This document shows, piece after piece, positions 11,693 through 25,325 of a stretch of DNA of 64,000 nt; within the stretch, counting starts at the first letter, position 1; each line of letters begins with the position of its first letter. The translations under genes and the position numbers were made by a program. The DNA is from Mobula hypostoma. Taxonomy: Eukaryota. Where the stretch lies: contig NC_086097.1 in NCBI RefSeq assembly GCF_963921235.1, positions 234,672,001 to 234,736,000 of the forward strand, in the 5' to 3' direction. The notes under the pieces were generated by a model, which searched no databases, was not told the origin of the DNA, and worked only from the letters and a program-made list of their open reading frames with translations.

Positions 11693-14600
11693 TAAACATA
11701 GAAACATAGAAAATAGGTGCAGGAGTAGGCCATTCGGCTCTTTGAGCCTGCACCGCCATTCAGTATGATCATGGCTGATCATCCAACTCAGAACCCTGTC
11801 CCTGCCTTCTCTCCATACCCCCTGATCCCTTTAGCCACAAGGGCCATATCTAACTCCCTCTTAAGTATAGCCAATGAACTGGCCTCAACTGTTTACCGTG
11901 GCAGAGAATTCCACAGATTCACCACTCTCTGTGTGAAGAAGTTTTTCCTCATCTTGGTCCTAAAAGGCTTCGCCTTTATCCTCAAACTGTGACCCCTCGT
12001 TCTGGACTTCCCCAACATTGGGAACAATCTTCCTGCATCTAAACTGTCCAATCCCTTTAGGATTTTATATGTTTCAATCAGATCCCCCCTCAATCTTCTA
12101 AATTCCAGCAAGTATAAGCATAGTCGATCCAGTCTTTCATCATATGAAAGTCCTGCCATCCCAGGAATCAATCTGGTGAACCTTCTTTGTACTCCTTCTA
12201 TGGCAAGAATGTCTTTCCTCAGATTAGAACATAAAACATAGAACATAAAATAGTACAGCACAGTACAGGCCCTTCGGCCCACAATGTTGTGCCAATCTTC
12301 AAACCCTGCCTCCCATATAAGCCCCCACCTTAAATTCCTCCATATACCTGTCTAGTAGTCTCTTAAACTTCACTAGTGCATCTGCCTCCACCACTGACTC
12401 AGGCAGTGCATTCCACGCACCAACCACTCCCTGAGTAAAAAACCTTCCTCTAATATCCCCCTTGAACTTCCCACCCCTTACCTTAAAGCCATGTCCCCTT
12501 GTATTGAGCAGTGGTGCCCTGGGGAAGAGGCGCTGGCTATCCACTCTATCTATTCCTCTTATTATCTTGTACACCTCTATCATGTCTCCTCTCATCCTCC
12601 TTCTCTCCAAAGAGTAAAGCCCTAGCTCCCTTAATCTCTGATCATAATGCATACTTTCTAAACCAGGCAGCATCCTGGTAAATCTACTCTGTACCCTTTC
12701 TAAGGCTTCCACATCCTTCCTATAGTGAGGTGACCAGAACTGGACACAGTACTCCGAGTGTGACCTAACCAGAGTTTTATAGAGCTGCATCATTACATCA
12801 CGACTCTTAAACTCTATCCCTTGACTTATGAAAGCTAACACCCCATAAGCTTTCTTAACTACCGTATCCACCTATTAGGCAACATTCAGGGATCTGTGGA
12901 CATGTACCTCGAGATCCCTCTGCTCCTCCACACTACCAAGTATCCTGCCATTTACTTTGTACTCTGCCTTGGAGTTTCTCCTTCCAAAGTGTACCACCTC
13001 ACACTTCCCCGGGTTGAACTCCATCTGCCACTTCTCTGTCCAGTTCTGCATCCTATCAATGTCTCTCTGCAATCTTTGACAATCCTCTACACTATCTACA
13101 ACACCAGCAACTTTTGTGTCGTCTGCAAACTTGCCAACCCACCCTTCTACCCCCACATCCAGGTCGTTAATAAAAATCACGAAAAGTAGAGGTCCCAGAA
13201 CAGATCCTTGTGGGACACCACTAGTCACAACCCTCCAATCTGAATGTACTCCCTCCACCACCACCCTCTGCCTTCTGCAGGCAAGCCAATTCTGAATCCA
13301 CATTGCCAAACTTCCCTGGATCCCATGCCTTCTGACTTTCTGAATAAGCCTACTGTGTGGAACCTTGTCAAATGCCTTATTAAAATCCATATAGATCACA
13401 TCCACTGCACTACCCTCATCTATATGCCTGGTCACCTCCTCAAAGAACTCTATCAGGCTTGTTAGACATGATCTGGCCTTCACAAAGTCATGCTGACTGT
13501 CCCTGATCAGGTCATGATTCTCTAAATGCCTATAGATCCTATCTCTAAGAATCTTTTCCAACAGCTTTCCCACCACAGACGTAAGGCTCACTGGTCTATA
13601 ATTAGCCGGACTATCCCTACTACATTTTTTGAACATTCAACATTCAACAGACAACATTCGCCTCCCTCCAATACTCCGGTACCATTCCCGTGGACAGCGA
13701 GGACATAAAGATCCTAGCCAGAGGTTCAGCAATCTCTTCTCTCGCCTCCTGGAGCAGCCTGGGGAATATTCCATCAGGCCGCGGGGACTTATCTGTCCAA
13801 ATGTATTTTAACAACTCCAACACCTCCTCTCCCTTAATATCAACATGCTCCAGAACATCAACCTCACTCATATTGTCCTCACCATCATTCAGTTCCCTCG
13901 CATTGGTGAATACCAAAGAGAAGTATTCATTGAGGACCTCGCTCATTTCCACAGCCTCCAGGCACATCTTCCCACCTTTATCTCTAATCGGTCCTACCTT
14001 CACTCCTGTCATCCTTTTTTTCTTCACATAATTGAAGAATGCCTTGGGGTTTTCCTTTACCCTACTCGCCAAGGCCTTCTCATGCCCCCTTCTAGCTCTT
14101 CTCAGCCCCTTCTTAAGCTCCTTTCTTGCTTCCCTATATTCCTCAATAGACCTATCTGATCCTTGCTTCCCAAACCCTCATGTATGTTGCCTTCTTCTAC
14201 TTGACTAGATTTTCCACCTCACTTGTCACCCATGGTTCCTTCACCCTACCATTCTTTATCTTGCTCACCGGGACAAATTTATCCCTAACATCCCGCAAGA
14301 GATCTCTAAACATTGACCACATGTCCATAGTACATTTCCCTGTAAAAACATAATCCCAATTCACACCCGCAAGTTCTAGCCTTATAGCCTCATAATTTGC
14401 CTTTCCCCAAATAAAAATTAGGGGACCAAAACTGCACACAATACTCCAGGTGCGGTCTCACCAAGGCCTTGTACAACTGCAGTAGTACACCCCTGCTCCT
14501 GTACTCGAATCCTCTAGCTATGAATGCCAGCATACCATTCGCCTTTTTCCCCGCCTGCCGTACCTGCATGCCCACTTTCAATGACTGGTGTGTAATGACA

Positions 14601-16550
14601 CCCAGGTCTCGTTGCACCTTCCCTTTTCCTAATTGGCCACCCTTCAGATAATAATCTGTTTTCCTGTTTTTGCCACCAAAGTGGATAAACTCACATTTAT
14701 CCAGATTAAATTGCATCTGCCATGAATTTGCCCACTCACCTAACCTATCCAAGTCACTCTGCACCCTCTTAGCATCCTCCTCACAGCTAACACTGCTGCC
14801 CAGCTTCGTGTCATCCGCAAACTTGGAGATGCTGCATTTAATTCCCTCATCCAAGTCATTAATATATATTGTAAACAACTGGGGTCCCCGCACTGAGCCT
14901 TGCGGTACCCCGCTAGTCACTGCCCCCCATTCTGAAAAGGTTCCGTTTATTCCCACTCTTTGCTTCCTGTCTGCCAACCAGTTCTCTATCCACATCAATA
15001 CCATACCCCCAATACCGTGTGCTTTAAGTTTGCACACTAATCTCCAGTGTGGGACCTTGTCAAAAGCCTTTTGAAAATCCAAATATACCACATCCACTGG
15101 TTCTCCCCTATCCACTCTACTAGTTACATCCTCAAAAACTCTATGAGATTCGTCAGACATGATTTTCCTTTCACAATTCCATGCTGACTTTGTCCGATGA
15201 TTTCACCGCTTTCCAAATGTGCTGTTATCACATCTTTGATAACTGACTCTAGCATTTTCCTCACCACCGATGTCAGGCTATCCGGTCTATAATTCCCCGG
15301 TTTCTCTCTCACTTCTTTTTTAAAAAGCGGGGTTACATTAGCCACCCTCCAATCCTCAGGAACTAGTCCTTAATCTAAAGTGTTTTGAAAAATTATCACT
15401 AATGCATCCATTATTTCTTGGGCTACTTCCTTAAGCACTCTGGGATGCAGACCATCTGGCCTGGGGGATTTATCTGCCTTTAATCCCTTCAATTTACCTA
15501 ACACCACTTCCCTACTAACATGTATTTCCCTCAGTTCCTCCATCTCACGAGACCCTCTGTCCCCTACTATTTCCAAAAGATTATTTATGTCCTCCTTAGT
15601 GAAGACAGAACCAATGTAGTTATTCAATTGGTCTGCCATGTCCATGTTCTCCATTATCAATTCACCTGTTTCTCTCTGTAAGGGACCTACATTTGTCTTA
15701 ACCAATCTTTTTTCTTTTTACATATCTATAAAAGCTTTTACAGTCAGTTTTTATGTTCCCTGCCAGTTTTCTCTCATAATCTCTTTTCCCTTTCCTAATT
15801 AAGCCCTTTGTCCTCCTCTGCTGGACTTTGAATTTCTCCCAGTCCTCAGGTGAGCTGCTTTTTCTGGCTAATTTGTATGTTTCTTCTTTGGAATTGATAC
15901 TATCCCTAATTTCCCTTGTCAGCCACGGGTGCACTACCTTCCTTGATTTATTCTTTTGCCAAGCTGGGATGAACAATTGTTGTAGTTCATCCATGCAACC
16001 TTTAAATACTTGCCATTGCATATCCACCGTCAACCCTTTAAGTATCATTTGCCAGCCTATCTCAGCTAATTCACATCTCATACCTTCAAAGTTACCTTTC
16101 TTTAAGTTCAGAACCTTTGTTTCTGAATTAACTATGTCACTCTCCATCTTAATGAAGAATTCCACCATATTATGGTCACTCTTACCCAAGGGACCTCTCA
16201 CAATAAGATGGTTAATTAACCCTTCCTCATTGCTCAATACCCAATCTAGAATGGCCTGCTCTCTAGTTGGTTCCTCGACATGTTGGTTCAAAAAACCACC
16301 CCGCATACATTCCAAGAAATCTTCTTTCTCAGCGCCCGTACCAATTTGGTTCACTCAGTCTACATGTAGATTTAAGTCACCCATTATAACTGCTGTTCCT
16401 TTATTGCACGCATTTCTAATTTCCTGTTTAATGCCATCCCCAACCTCACTACTACTGTTAGGTGGCCTGTACACAACTCCCACCAACGTTGTCTGCCCCT
16501 TAGCTCTACCTATATCGATTCCACATCCTCCCGGCTAATGTCCTTCCTTT
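11693..16550 (-). mobile_element. CR1 LINE (most of ORF2, frameshifted), interrupted by a second CR1
   Basis: APE (ILDWVLSNEE..GKSDHNMV), RT (VYLDFQKAFDKV, GVPQGSV, SKFADDTKL) and C-terminus in ORFs 15698-16354, 15370-15705, 15124-15345, 14390-15160, 11893-12282; (TTTCTATG)n tail. Confidence 0.95.
12228..14416 (-). mobile_element. CR1 LINE of a different subfamily nested in the previous CR1
   Basis: Host sequence ..TTCCTCAGATTAG|GGGACCAAAAC.. is split, with ATTAG duplicated (12223-12227, 14417-14421); own RT (ORFs 12875-13636, 12299-12871) and own tail. Confidence 0.93.
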
Positions 16551-16654
16551 CTTTGTCAAGTACCAGAGAATTTAAATGTGAATGAAAAGGCTGAGGTCAG
16601 GAGCTGTAAAATTCTGGAAAATCCTGATATAATTATTATTTTTCTTTTGCATAT

Positions 16655-16930
16655 TTTATTTATTTATTGAGATATAGTGTGGAATAGGCCCTTCTAGTTT
16701 TTCAACCCACACCACCTAGCAACCCCTAGCCTAATCACGGGACAATTTACTATGACCAATTGACCAAGCAACCGATATGTCTTTGGACTGTGGGAGGAAA
16801 GGGGAGCACCTGGAGGAAACCCATGCTGTCGCAGGGGGACCATACAACCTCGTTACAGACAGCGGCAGGAACTGAAGCCAGTTCACCTGTACTGTAAAGT
16901 GTTGTGCTAACCACTATGCTCCTGTGCTGC
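16655..16930 (-). mobile_element. HE1-like V-SINE
   Basis: Antisense V-domain TCTTTGGACTGTGGGAGGAAAGGGGAGCACCTGGAGGAAACCCA; tRNA-like head; (AATA)n tail. Confidence 0.8.
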
Positions 16931-17072
16931 CCTTCTTCTTGTCTTCTTATGTCCATAAGAATTATAACAGCAGTGAAATAAATGTTAATATTTTCCTCTA
17001 ACTAGGTTTACTCCACAAGATCAACACAGTTGCTTGATAAGTTTATGTTGACCTTGTCAGCCAGCAGCTGGT

Positions 17073-17372
17073 CATAGAAACATAGAAACATAGAAAATAG
17101 GTGCAGGAGTAGGCCATTCGGCCCTTAGAGCCTGCACCGCCATTTATTATGATCATGGCTGATCATCCAACTCAGAACCCCGCCCCAACCTTCCCTCCAT
17201 ACCCCCTGACCCCCGTAGCCACAAGGGCCATATCTAACTCCCTCTTAAATATAGCCAATGAACTGGCCTCAACTGTTTCCTGTGGCAGAGAATTCCACAT
17301 ATTCACCACTCTCTGTGTGAAGAAGTTTTTCCTAATCTCGGTCCTAAAAGGCTTCCCCTCTATCCTCAAACT
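17073..17372 (-). mobile_element. CR1 3' end, same subfamily as 30668-34740
   Basis: SLRIEGKPFRTEIRKNFFTQRVVNMWNSLP..ATGVRGYGGK; near-identical to 34450-34740. Confidence 0.93.
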
Positions 17373-17381
17373 AGAACAGTG

Positions 17382-17597
17382 GGAACACAAGACTCTGAAG
17401 ATCCTGGAATAAGTAGCAATGGTCTGGAAGAGCGCAGTGTCTTGAGCAGTATCTCTGGGAGGAGAGAAACTGTGGGCATTTCATGTTGAAACCCTGGAGA
17501 CATGCTGCAGGATTTCAACCCAAAATGTTGACAATTCATTTCTTCCCCCAGATACTGCTCAACCCATTGAATTCCCCTGGCAGTCTGCCTGCTGCTT
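17382..17597. mobile_element. Degenerate head-to-head Penelope pLTR hairpin
   Basis: TTGAGCAGTATCT..GTTGAAACCCTG is inverted to CAGGATTTCAACC..AGATACTGCTCAA; apex ~17500. Confidence 0.65.
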
Positions 17598-19084
17598 GAC
17601 TAAAACAGTGCTGAATGGAGGCAGGAATCCACTTACGAAACAAAGAATATCAAATTAGATGGAACAGGAAAATCATAGAACACAACATATTGACATGCCA
17701 TTTGGCTATTCAAATCTGCTCACCTTTTAGAAAAGATTCCAGCTGCTTTTGTGAACTCCTTTTTATACTATCCTTTATGCTTTATCCTTTAATTCCTTTA
17801 GATCCCAATATTATACCATTGCTGCTTTAAATATACTCATCCATAAGCCATTCAGTGAGGTAAATGTCCCTCATTTTAACCTAAATTACTCTCCCCCTGA
17901 TGAGATAGTGATCCCATGTTCTTAATTTTCCAGGCATTGTGATTCTGCTCAGCATAAACTTTTAAAATGCATCAAGATTTGTTCATGTTTCAGTGCAGTC
18001 TCCTTTCATTCTTAAAAACTCTGGGGATTATAGCCTAAACTATTCAATCTCCCTACCAAGGAAAATCCCCCATCTGGGAAACCAATCTAGCAGAGCTTCA
18101 TTAATCTCGCTCTGAAGCATGTAATAAGCTTATCCTTTCTAAGGTAAGGCGACCAGAACTTAATACAGTACTGCATATTATTTTAAAGAAACCCTCTAAC
18201 ATCTTCTACTCTTACATTCTGTTCCATTTACGTGAATGTAAAAAAAATACTTGTTTTAGTAATCGCTTGAGCACCTGCAGAATGACTTCCAGGCATTTGT
18301 GTACATTTTTTTTTCCCAATCTCTCATCAGTAAAGAAATACTCTACCATCTATTCCATGTTCTATTGAACATTGTGTAGGAGGAAGATATTAGTTTAGTT
18401 GGACATTAGATTACCAATTTAATAGGTTCGCTACAATATCGTAGGTCGATGAGTCTGTTCCTTTGCTGTTCCAAGTTCCATATTCCATGTTGCATGTTCT
18501 ATATTTTTCACAAAGGTGATTGACTTCATTTCTATACATCCATAACCACTTACCCACTTACTGATTAAATTCTTTTACCACCCCATTGCATTTTCTCTTT
18601 ATTGTTCAGTATTGATATCATTAACAAACATGGATATGTTGATGATATTGTACAGAAGCATCTTCTAGCACAATTGAGCATACCGGCACATTTCTTGACG
18701 TTCCTTTGAAGTGCAGTAGAACACACCAGAATTCAAATGCAGATATATTTACTTGAATGAGATCACTGACCTAAAAATGTAGGTGAAGACGAGGGGTTTA
18801 AATATTTTTAGCTGTTATTATAATCTGTAGGTTTGATATCTCCCTCTGCCTATCTACATTTACAACCAGCTGTGCATCAAACAAGTCCTGGTTGTGAACG
18901 AGGGTATTAATGATTAACAAGAGATCAGAATTCCTATTCTGTGGTGTTCTAATTTTACGTGAGACTTATCTTACAAAACTCTGTCCCTCTCCTGCTTCAT
19001 AAAAACAATGAAGGTTATGATAGTTGATTGGATGATTTGCTTTGTCTTTGGTAGAGACTATAATTCTTCAAAATTACCATCGTG

Positions 19085-19361
19085 CCACCGAAGCATAGCG
19101 GTTCGTGTGACACTATTTCACCTTGGGGTGTTTTGGAGTTCAGAGTTCAATTCCAACATCATCTGTAAGGAGTCTGTAAATCCTCCCTGTAGAATGCATG
19201 GGCTTTCTCCGAGTGCTCCGGTTTTGTCCCACAGTCCAAAGGCGTACTGGTTGGTAGGTTAAGTGGTCATTGTAAATTGTCCTGTGAATAGGCTAGGATT
19301 AAACTGGGGGTTGCTGGATTGTGCGGTTTGAAGGGCCGGAAGAGTCTATTCCATGCATTAT

Positions 19362-19408
<47 letters not shown>
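19085..19408 (+). mobile_element. HE1-like V-SINE with expanded (AAT)n tail
   Basis: B-box-like GAGTTCAATTCC; V-domain TTTCTCCGAGTGCTCCGGTTTTGTCCCACAGTCCAAAG; (AAT)n at 19366-19408. Confidence 0.82.
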
Positions 19409-19410
<2 letters not shown>

Positions 19411-19789
19411 TCGTTTTCAAGAATGCTAAAATGAATATTATGAACCCAAAGTTTGCAGTCTATAGTGAACAAGTTCAGACTTACACTGTGCAGTTCTCCC
19501 AGCATGAATTTATGGCTGGGATTAGCCAATGAAACTAAATCATGTTGTTGGGATGGGGCAATACTTTGCAGTAAATTGACTGTAGGATGAATTTTCAGGC
19601 TTTTTCAGGACTGTGTGCACATATTCTTATTATTATATGACTAGCTGAATGAGAATTTGGTAGCTCCAATGATAAAGAGCAAAGTTTCAGTTCTATTCTT
19701 TGTTGGCACCCCCTCGAAGGGATGCAACTTCACTTCTGCCATGCAATTTGCTATCAAATGGTGGTCACGGATAACTGTTAGGAACAATA

Positions 19790-20467
19790 CAGTTGTCCCT
19801 CAGTATCTGTAGGGGATTGGTTCCAGGACCAAACCCCCCCACCAAAATCCAAAATCCACGGATGCTCAAGTCCCTTATATAAAATGGCGTAGTATTTGCA
19901 TATAACCTACGCACATCCTCCCGTATACTTTAAATTATCTCTAGATTACTTATAATACCTAATACAATGTAAATGCTGTGTAAATAGTTGTTATACTGCA
20001 TTGTTTAGGAAATAATGACAAGAAAAAAAGTCCGTGCATGTTCAGTATGGATGCAACCATCGGAGATCTTCTGGGAACACTGATGCTGCCTCGGCATCAG
20101 CTGATGCCAATTCTCCCATGATCTTTCCGTTCTTGAGGCTGTAGCGCTTTACATAGCTATCCAGCCATCCCTTACTAGCCTTAAATTCTTTCTTGTTGCT
20201 CACAACCCAAGTAGCAAATGAACGAGATGCAAGGTGAACAATGCTCAAACGAGTGCTGGAGAGAGACTGGGGATCTGTGAAATGGTGGGAGGCTACAGCA
20301 GGGTATGCCTACACATCACTTCATTCAGGTGGATTCAGCATAGTGCTCGGCACGCGGATAATTCAAATTTTGCTTTTTCAAACTTCCTGGAAATTTTTTT
20401 AGAATATTTTCGATCCGCGGTTGGTTGAATCCGTGGATGCGGAACCCGCAGATACGGAGGGCCAATA
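19790..20467 (-). mobile_element. Tigger/pogo-family DNA transposon, MER2-like, with internal transposase fragment
   Basis: TA|CAGTTGTCCCTCAGTATCTG..CAGATACGGAGGGCCAA TIRs; ORF 20042-20248 EFKASKGWLDSYVKRYSL..GELASADAEAA (CENP-B/Tc5-type HTH). Confidence 0.88.
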
Positions 20468-20681
20468 AAAAGCATTTAAAAAGATGTATACAGCCAAGAT
20501 TTCAAAGCTCAGGAATTTTACAATAGCTTCTGTTTCCTCAGTGTTCCTAAACTACATGGCCTGCTCTGATTATTTTCTTTAAGTAATTGTGTTTACTATT
20601 GTTTCAAACCTTCCATTGCATGATAGATTTCTCTGTCCATATTGTCTTGTCAGTATTTTATTGTTAAGTAGTTGGATTATC

Positions 20682-21880
20682 AGTTATCTATATGGACTTC
20701 AGTAAGGCCTTTGACAAGGTTCCACATGGAAGGTTAGTTTGGAAGGTTCAATCGTTAAGCATTAATATTGAAGTAGTAAAATGGATTCAGCAGTGACTGG
20801 ATGGGAGATGACAGAGTGTAGTGGTGGATAACTGTTTGTCAGATTGGAGGACGGTGTGTAGCGGTGTGCCTCAGGGATCAGTACTGGGTCCAATGTTGTT
20901 TGTCATACATATTAATGATCCGGATGATGGGGTGGTAAATTGGATTAGTAAGTATGCAGATGATACTAAGATAGGTGGAGTTGTAGATAATGAAGTAGGT
21001 TTTCAAAGCTGGCAGGGAGATTTAGGCCAGTTAGAAGAGTGGGCTGAAAGATGGCAGATGGAGTTTAATGCTGAAAAATGTGAGGTGCTACATTTTGGTA
21101 GGACTAATCAAAATAGGACATACATGGTAAATGGTAGGGCATTGAAGAATGCAGTAGAACAGAGGGATCTAGGAATAATGGTGCATAGTTCCCTGAAGGT
21201 GGAATCTCATGTGGATAGGGTGGGGAAGAAAGCTTTTGTTATGCTGGCCTTTATAAATCAGAGCATTGAGTATAGGAGTTGGGATGTAATGTTGAAATTG
21301 TACAAGGCATTGGTAAGTCCAAATTTGGAGTATTGTGTACAGTTCTGGTCACCGATTTATAGGAAAGATGTCAACAAAATTGAGAGAGTACAGAGAAGAT
21401 TTACTAGAATTTTACTTGGGTTTCATCTCCTAAGTTACAGAGAAAGGTTGAACAGGTTGGGTCTTTATTCTTTGGAACGTAGAAGGTTGAGGGGGGACTT
21501 GATAGATGTGTTTAAAATTATGAGGGGGATAGATAGAGTTGACATGGATAGGCTTTTTCCATTGAGAGTGGGGGAGATTCAAACAAGAGGACATGAGTTG
21601 AGTGTTAAAGGGCAAAAGTTTAGGGGTAACATGAGGGGGAATTTCTTTACTCAGAGAATGGTAGCTGTGTGGAACGAGCTTCCAGCAGAAGTGGTTGAAG
21701 CAGGTTTGATGTTGTCATTTAAAGTTAAATTGGATAACTATATGGACAGGAAGGGAATGGAGGGTTTTGGGCTGAGTGTAGGTCGGTGGGACTAGGTGAG
21801 CATAAGAGTTCGGCACGGACTAGAAGGGCTGAGATGACCTGTTTCCGTGCTGTAATTGTTATATGGTTATATGTTATATG
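20682..21880 (+). mobile_element. 5'-truncated CR1 LINE with open RT/C-terminal frame
   Basis: ORF 20821-21795 GVPQGSVLGP..SKYADDTK..WQMEFNAEKC; tail (TTATATG)n. Confidence 0.95.
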
Positions 21881-23019
21881 TAGCAAGGCCATTGGAGACA
21901 AATGGTAGAGACTCTGCCAGTCATTACTTCTGTAGGAATATGTGAACTGAAAGCAATTCTAATGCCATTGATTCCATCTTCCAGTGATTTCTTTTAACAT
22001 GGTAGTTTAACCAAGTGTTCAAAAGCCTCTGCTGAGAAAATCATCCAATATGACTATTATGGTATCACATCAGCAGATTACACAAAATCAGCAAAATTGA
22101 TTTTGAGTCATCCAATTAAAATTTAAACAGCAATAACTTTAAGCATGTTGATAATTTGGAGAAAAAAAAGCTGTAAGGCTGTGCTATCAGCTTGGATTGA
22201 AGAAAAAAGACTAGAATTTTAACGCACTTTATTCATTCTGCTTCAGGTTCATTTTGATTTTCATCTCTGGGAATTTGGGAGGGTTATAAATTGAATACCT
22301 TGAACTCCATGGCCTAATCTACATTCTACTTAGGGAATACTCTGTGCTTGGAGCAAAAACCTCTCAAAAGGTATACTTTTAATTCCTGTCGGACAATTTA
22401 CCTCAGATAATTTGACCTAGATTTACAATTTCTCATCTCTAATATTTCTACAAAGTGATATTACTGCTACCTGTACCTGTTTCTGCAATCTGTTACTAAG
22501 TGAAGTCCCACAGTAAATGTCGGCATGTAATTATTATTGCTATGTGGGCATTTCTTCCATATCATCAGCATAACATGATATCAAAGTCAAGTTTACTGTC
22601 ATAAACACAAGTGCATATAAGCACAGTGCAGGGAAAAATAACTTACCTGCAGCAGTATCACAGGTACATAGCAACATGCAAACAGAGTTCACCAGAAAAA
22701 CCATAAATAAAGCATTCGCAATGTTACAAGAGAGAACTTGGTTAGAGAGAAAAATAGTACAAATTGATCAGAGTGGTCACGGTATTGTTGTCCCAAGTTT
22801 CACTGCAGATTTTCTGGAGTTAGTCTGTCTTTCAGCCTTGATATGATTTGTACTTCAGAGGTGCAAGGGATGAAATCATTCCTAAGCAATGTTATTTTTG
22901 GACAATTGAAAGGAAAGGAGAATTGTTTTGGATACCCAGAACACTCTTTCCTGAAACAATGCAGAACTGGGAGTTCTGCTATGGTAATTGTAAATGTATC
23001 ACTAGAGACTCATGTTTCT

Positions 23020-23297
23020 AATTTAAAGTGGGCAATTGGAAGAAAGAATAGGGGGAATATCAGAAATAAGTTTTTTACACAGTAACTGGTGGGTACATGG
23101 AATATGCTGCCAGGGTAGGTGCTAGAAGCAAATACAATGGTGACATTAAAAAAAACTTTTAGATAAGCAGATAGATAATAGAAAAAATGGAGGGTAATAT
23201 AGGGTGGATGGGTTAGATTAATCTCAGAATAGGTTTAAAAGTTGGCGCAACATTGTGGGTCAAAGGGCCTATACTGTGTTGTAATGTTCTATGTTCT
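23020..23297 (+). mobile_element. Degenerate CR1 3' end
   Basis: RGNIRNKFFTQ; tail TAATGTTCTATGTTCT. Confidence 0.75.
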
Positions 23298-24789
23298 AAA
23301 TGTGAGAGATCATTATTCCTCATGATTAGCAGTCATTCTCTTGGAGACCCTCTCTGTAGAATATTTCTGAATTCAAAGAGTAGTTACGGTTTTATTTATC
23401 TTTAAATTTTTAAAGATCAAATCTCACTCCTGCCATCTAGGTCACTTATTCAGGTTCTTCATGCCAAAGCCTCAGTTCCCCACTCTTACACTGACCCACT
23501 CTCACAATAGCCACTCCAAAATGGCCACCCCATTTGACTCTAAATCCAAGTTGAAGTTTAATTGTCATCCAACTATGAATATACATGAATATAGCCAAAT
23601 GAAACAGCGTGACTCTGGGACCAAAGTGCATAACACAATACCAACAGCCATACACAGAACAAGGCACACATAACACAAATAAGACAGCAGTAAAACACAG
23701 TCACCTACAAAAAAAAGTTAGATACAAAACATTTCTATTTCAATGTTTTGAGTCCAATAAATGTTTCCATTAAATTACATACGGTTGTATTTGCAGAGGG
23801 AGCACATCATAGCCAATAGGACTCTTGTGAATGTTCAAATACCCTTGTTGATACAAAGTAATGAACGGATATAGTCTAAAAATTTCTGAAGGCTGAGAAC
23901 CCACCCACCCAAAATTAACTGGCTCTCACTCTCAGGGTATAAAGAGAGAAGCCTGTTGTTGATCGGGGTCAACCATAGAATTTGCGACATCTATATGTAA
24001 GCCTTCAACAGTCGAGTGCTCAAACACCCATCATCTCTGGGAGGGAAGTCACATGCTTCTTCATAAGCTCTCATGAAGGGGACCAGGATGGAAATGCTGG
24101 TTGTTGGTAGGTAGGGTTAATACCTGACTTTCAAGAGCACTTGTGAGTTATGTGCCAGCTGGATTTAGTCCTTAAACTGCTGGAGAACAGTGCGGAAAGA
24201 ACAGGTGCTGTTTTCTCCCGGTAGGGATTAGTTCTTAGTCCCAAGTGCTCCTGCCATGTTTTGTCACCCTGCCACCTTATCCTTCAAACTCTTTGAATTA
24301 TGGAGGACAGCATGTGCCTCTCTCCAGCAGATTTCATCCTGATCATCATGACTCCAGTATTTCTACTATTCTTTAATATTTCTTAATTGTACAGTGAACC
24401 ATCTGATTGGCCTATCAGAGTTCTCTTTGAGAACTAATTGACTTGTTCAGCGTTTCTGTTCATGATTGCACTTAATAAAAAAAAGTCAGTATACAAGGCA
24501 AGGCAGGAGATTATGTAGAGCAAGCTGTTGCCAATGCAGCAGGATTCCCGCTCCATACAGCTGATGAATCTAAAGGAACAGCAGAGAATGATACAATTTG
24601 GCACCAGTGGCATGGTGGGAACGGCCAGTCAGTGTTGAATTCAATGTAGGACTACCACAGGGACTTGGATACACAAATATTCAAATTATTGATTGACAGA
24701 GGATGATTGATGCTTGGTTTGAGGTAAGCCGATTAACAGAATCCAAATCAGGTTTATTATTACCGATGAGAAATTTGTTGTTTTGTGAC

Positions 24790-25325
24790 AGGTCCTTGCA
24801 GCTGATAGTGAGGTCAGCTGAGAAGATCATCGGGCTCTCTCTTCCCGCCTTTAGAGACATTTACACCATACGCTGCATCCGTAAAGCAAACAGAATTATG
24901 AAGGACCCCACGCACCCCTCATACAAACTCCTCTCCCTCCTGCCATCTGGCAAAAGAAGTATTCGGGCTCTCATGACCAGACTATGTAACAGTTTCTTCC
25001 CCAAAGCCATCAGACTCCTCAATACCCAAAGCCTGGACTGACACCTCTATTTATTTATAATTATAAACCCACTGTCCTCTACTGTGCATATTGTCTTGTT
25101 TATTGTTTATTGTAATGCCTGCACTGTTTTATGCAGTTCTGGGTAGATCTGTTGTCTAGTGTAGTTTTGTGTTGTTTTTTATGTAGTTCAGTGTAGTTTT
25201 TGTATTGTGCATGTAGCACCATGGTCCTGAAAAACATTGTCTCATTTTTATTGTGTACTGTACCAGCAGTTATAGTCGAAATGACAACAAAAAGTGATTT
25301 GACTTGACTTGACGACTTGACTTGA
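24790..25325 (+). mobile_element. Rex1/Babar-like LINE 3' end nested in an antisense Rex-like remnant (~24740-25750)
   Basis: LQLIVRSAEKIIG.SLP..IMKDPTHP..LLPSGKR..NSFFP.AIRLLN; (ACTTG)n tail. Confidence 0.8.

Noticed and set aside
15828..16538. Long antisense ORFs (also 31989-32504, 33985-34674, 14670-15074)
   Set aside because: Shadow frames opposite CR1 ORF2
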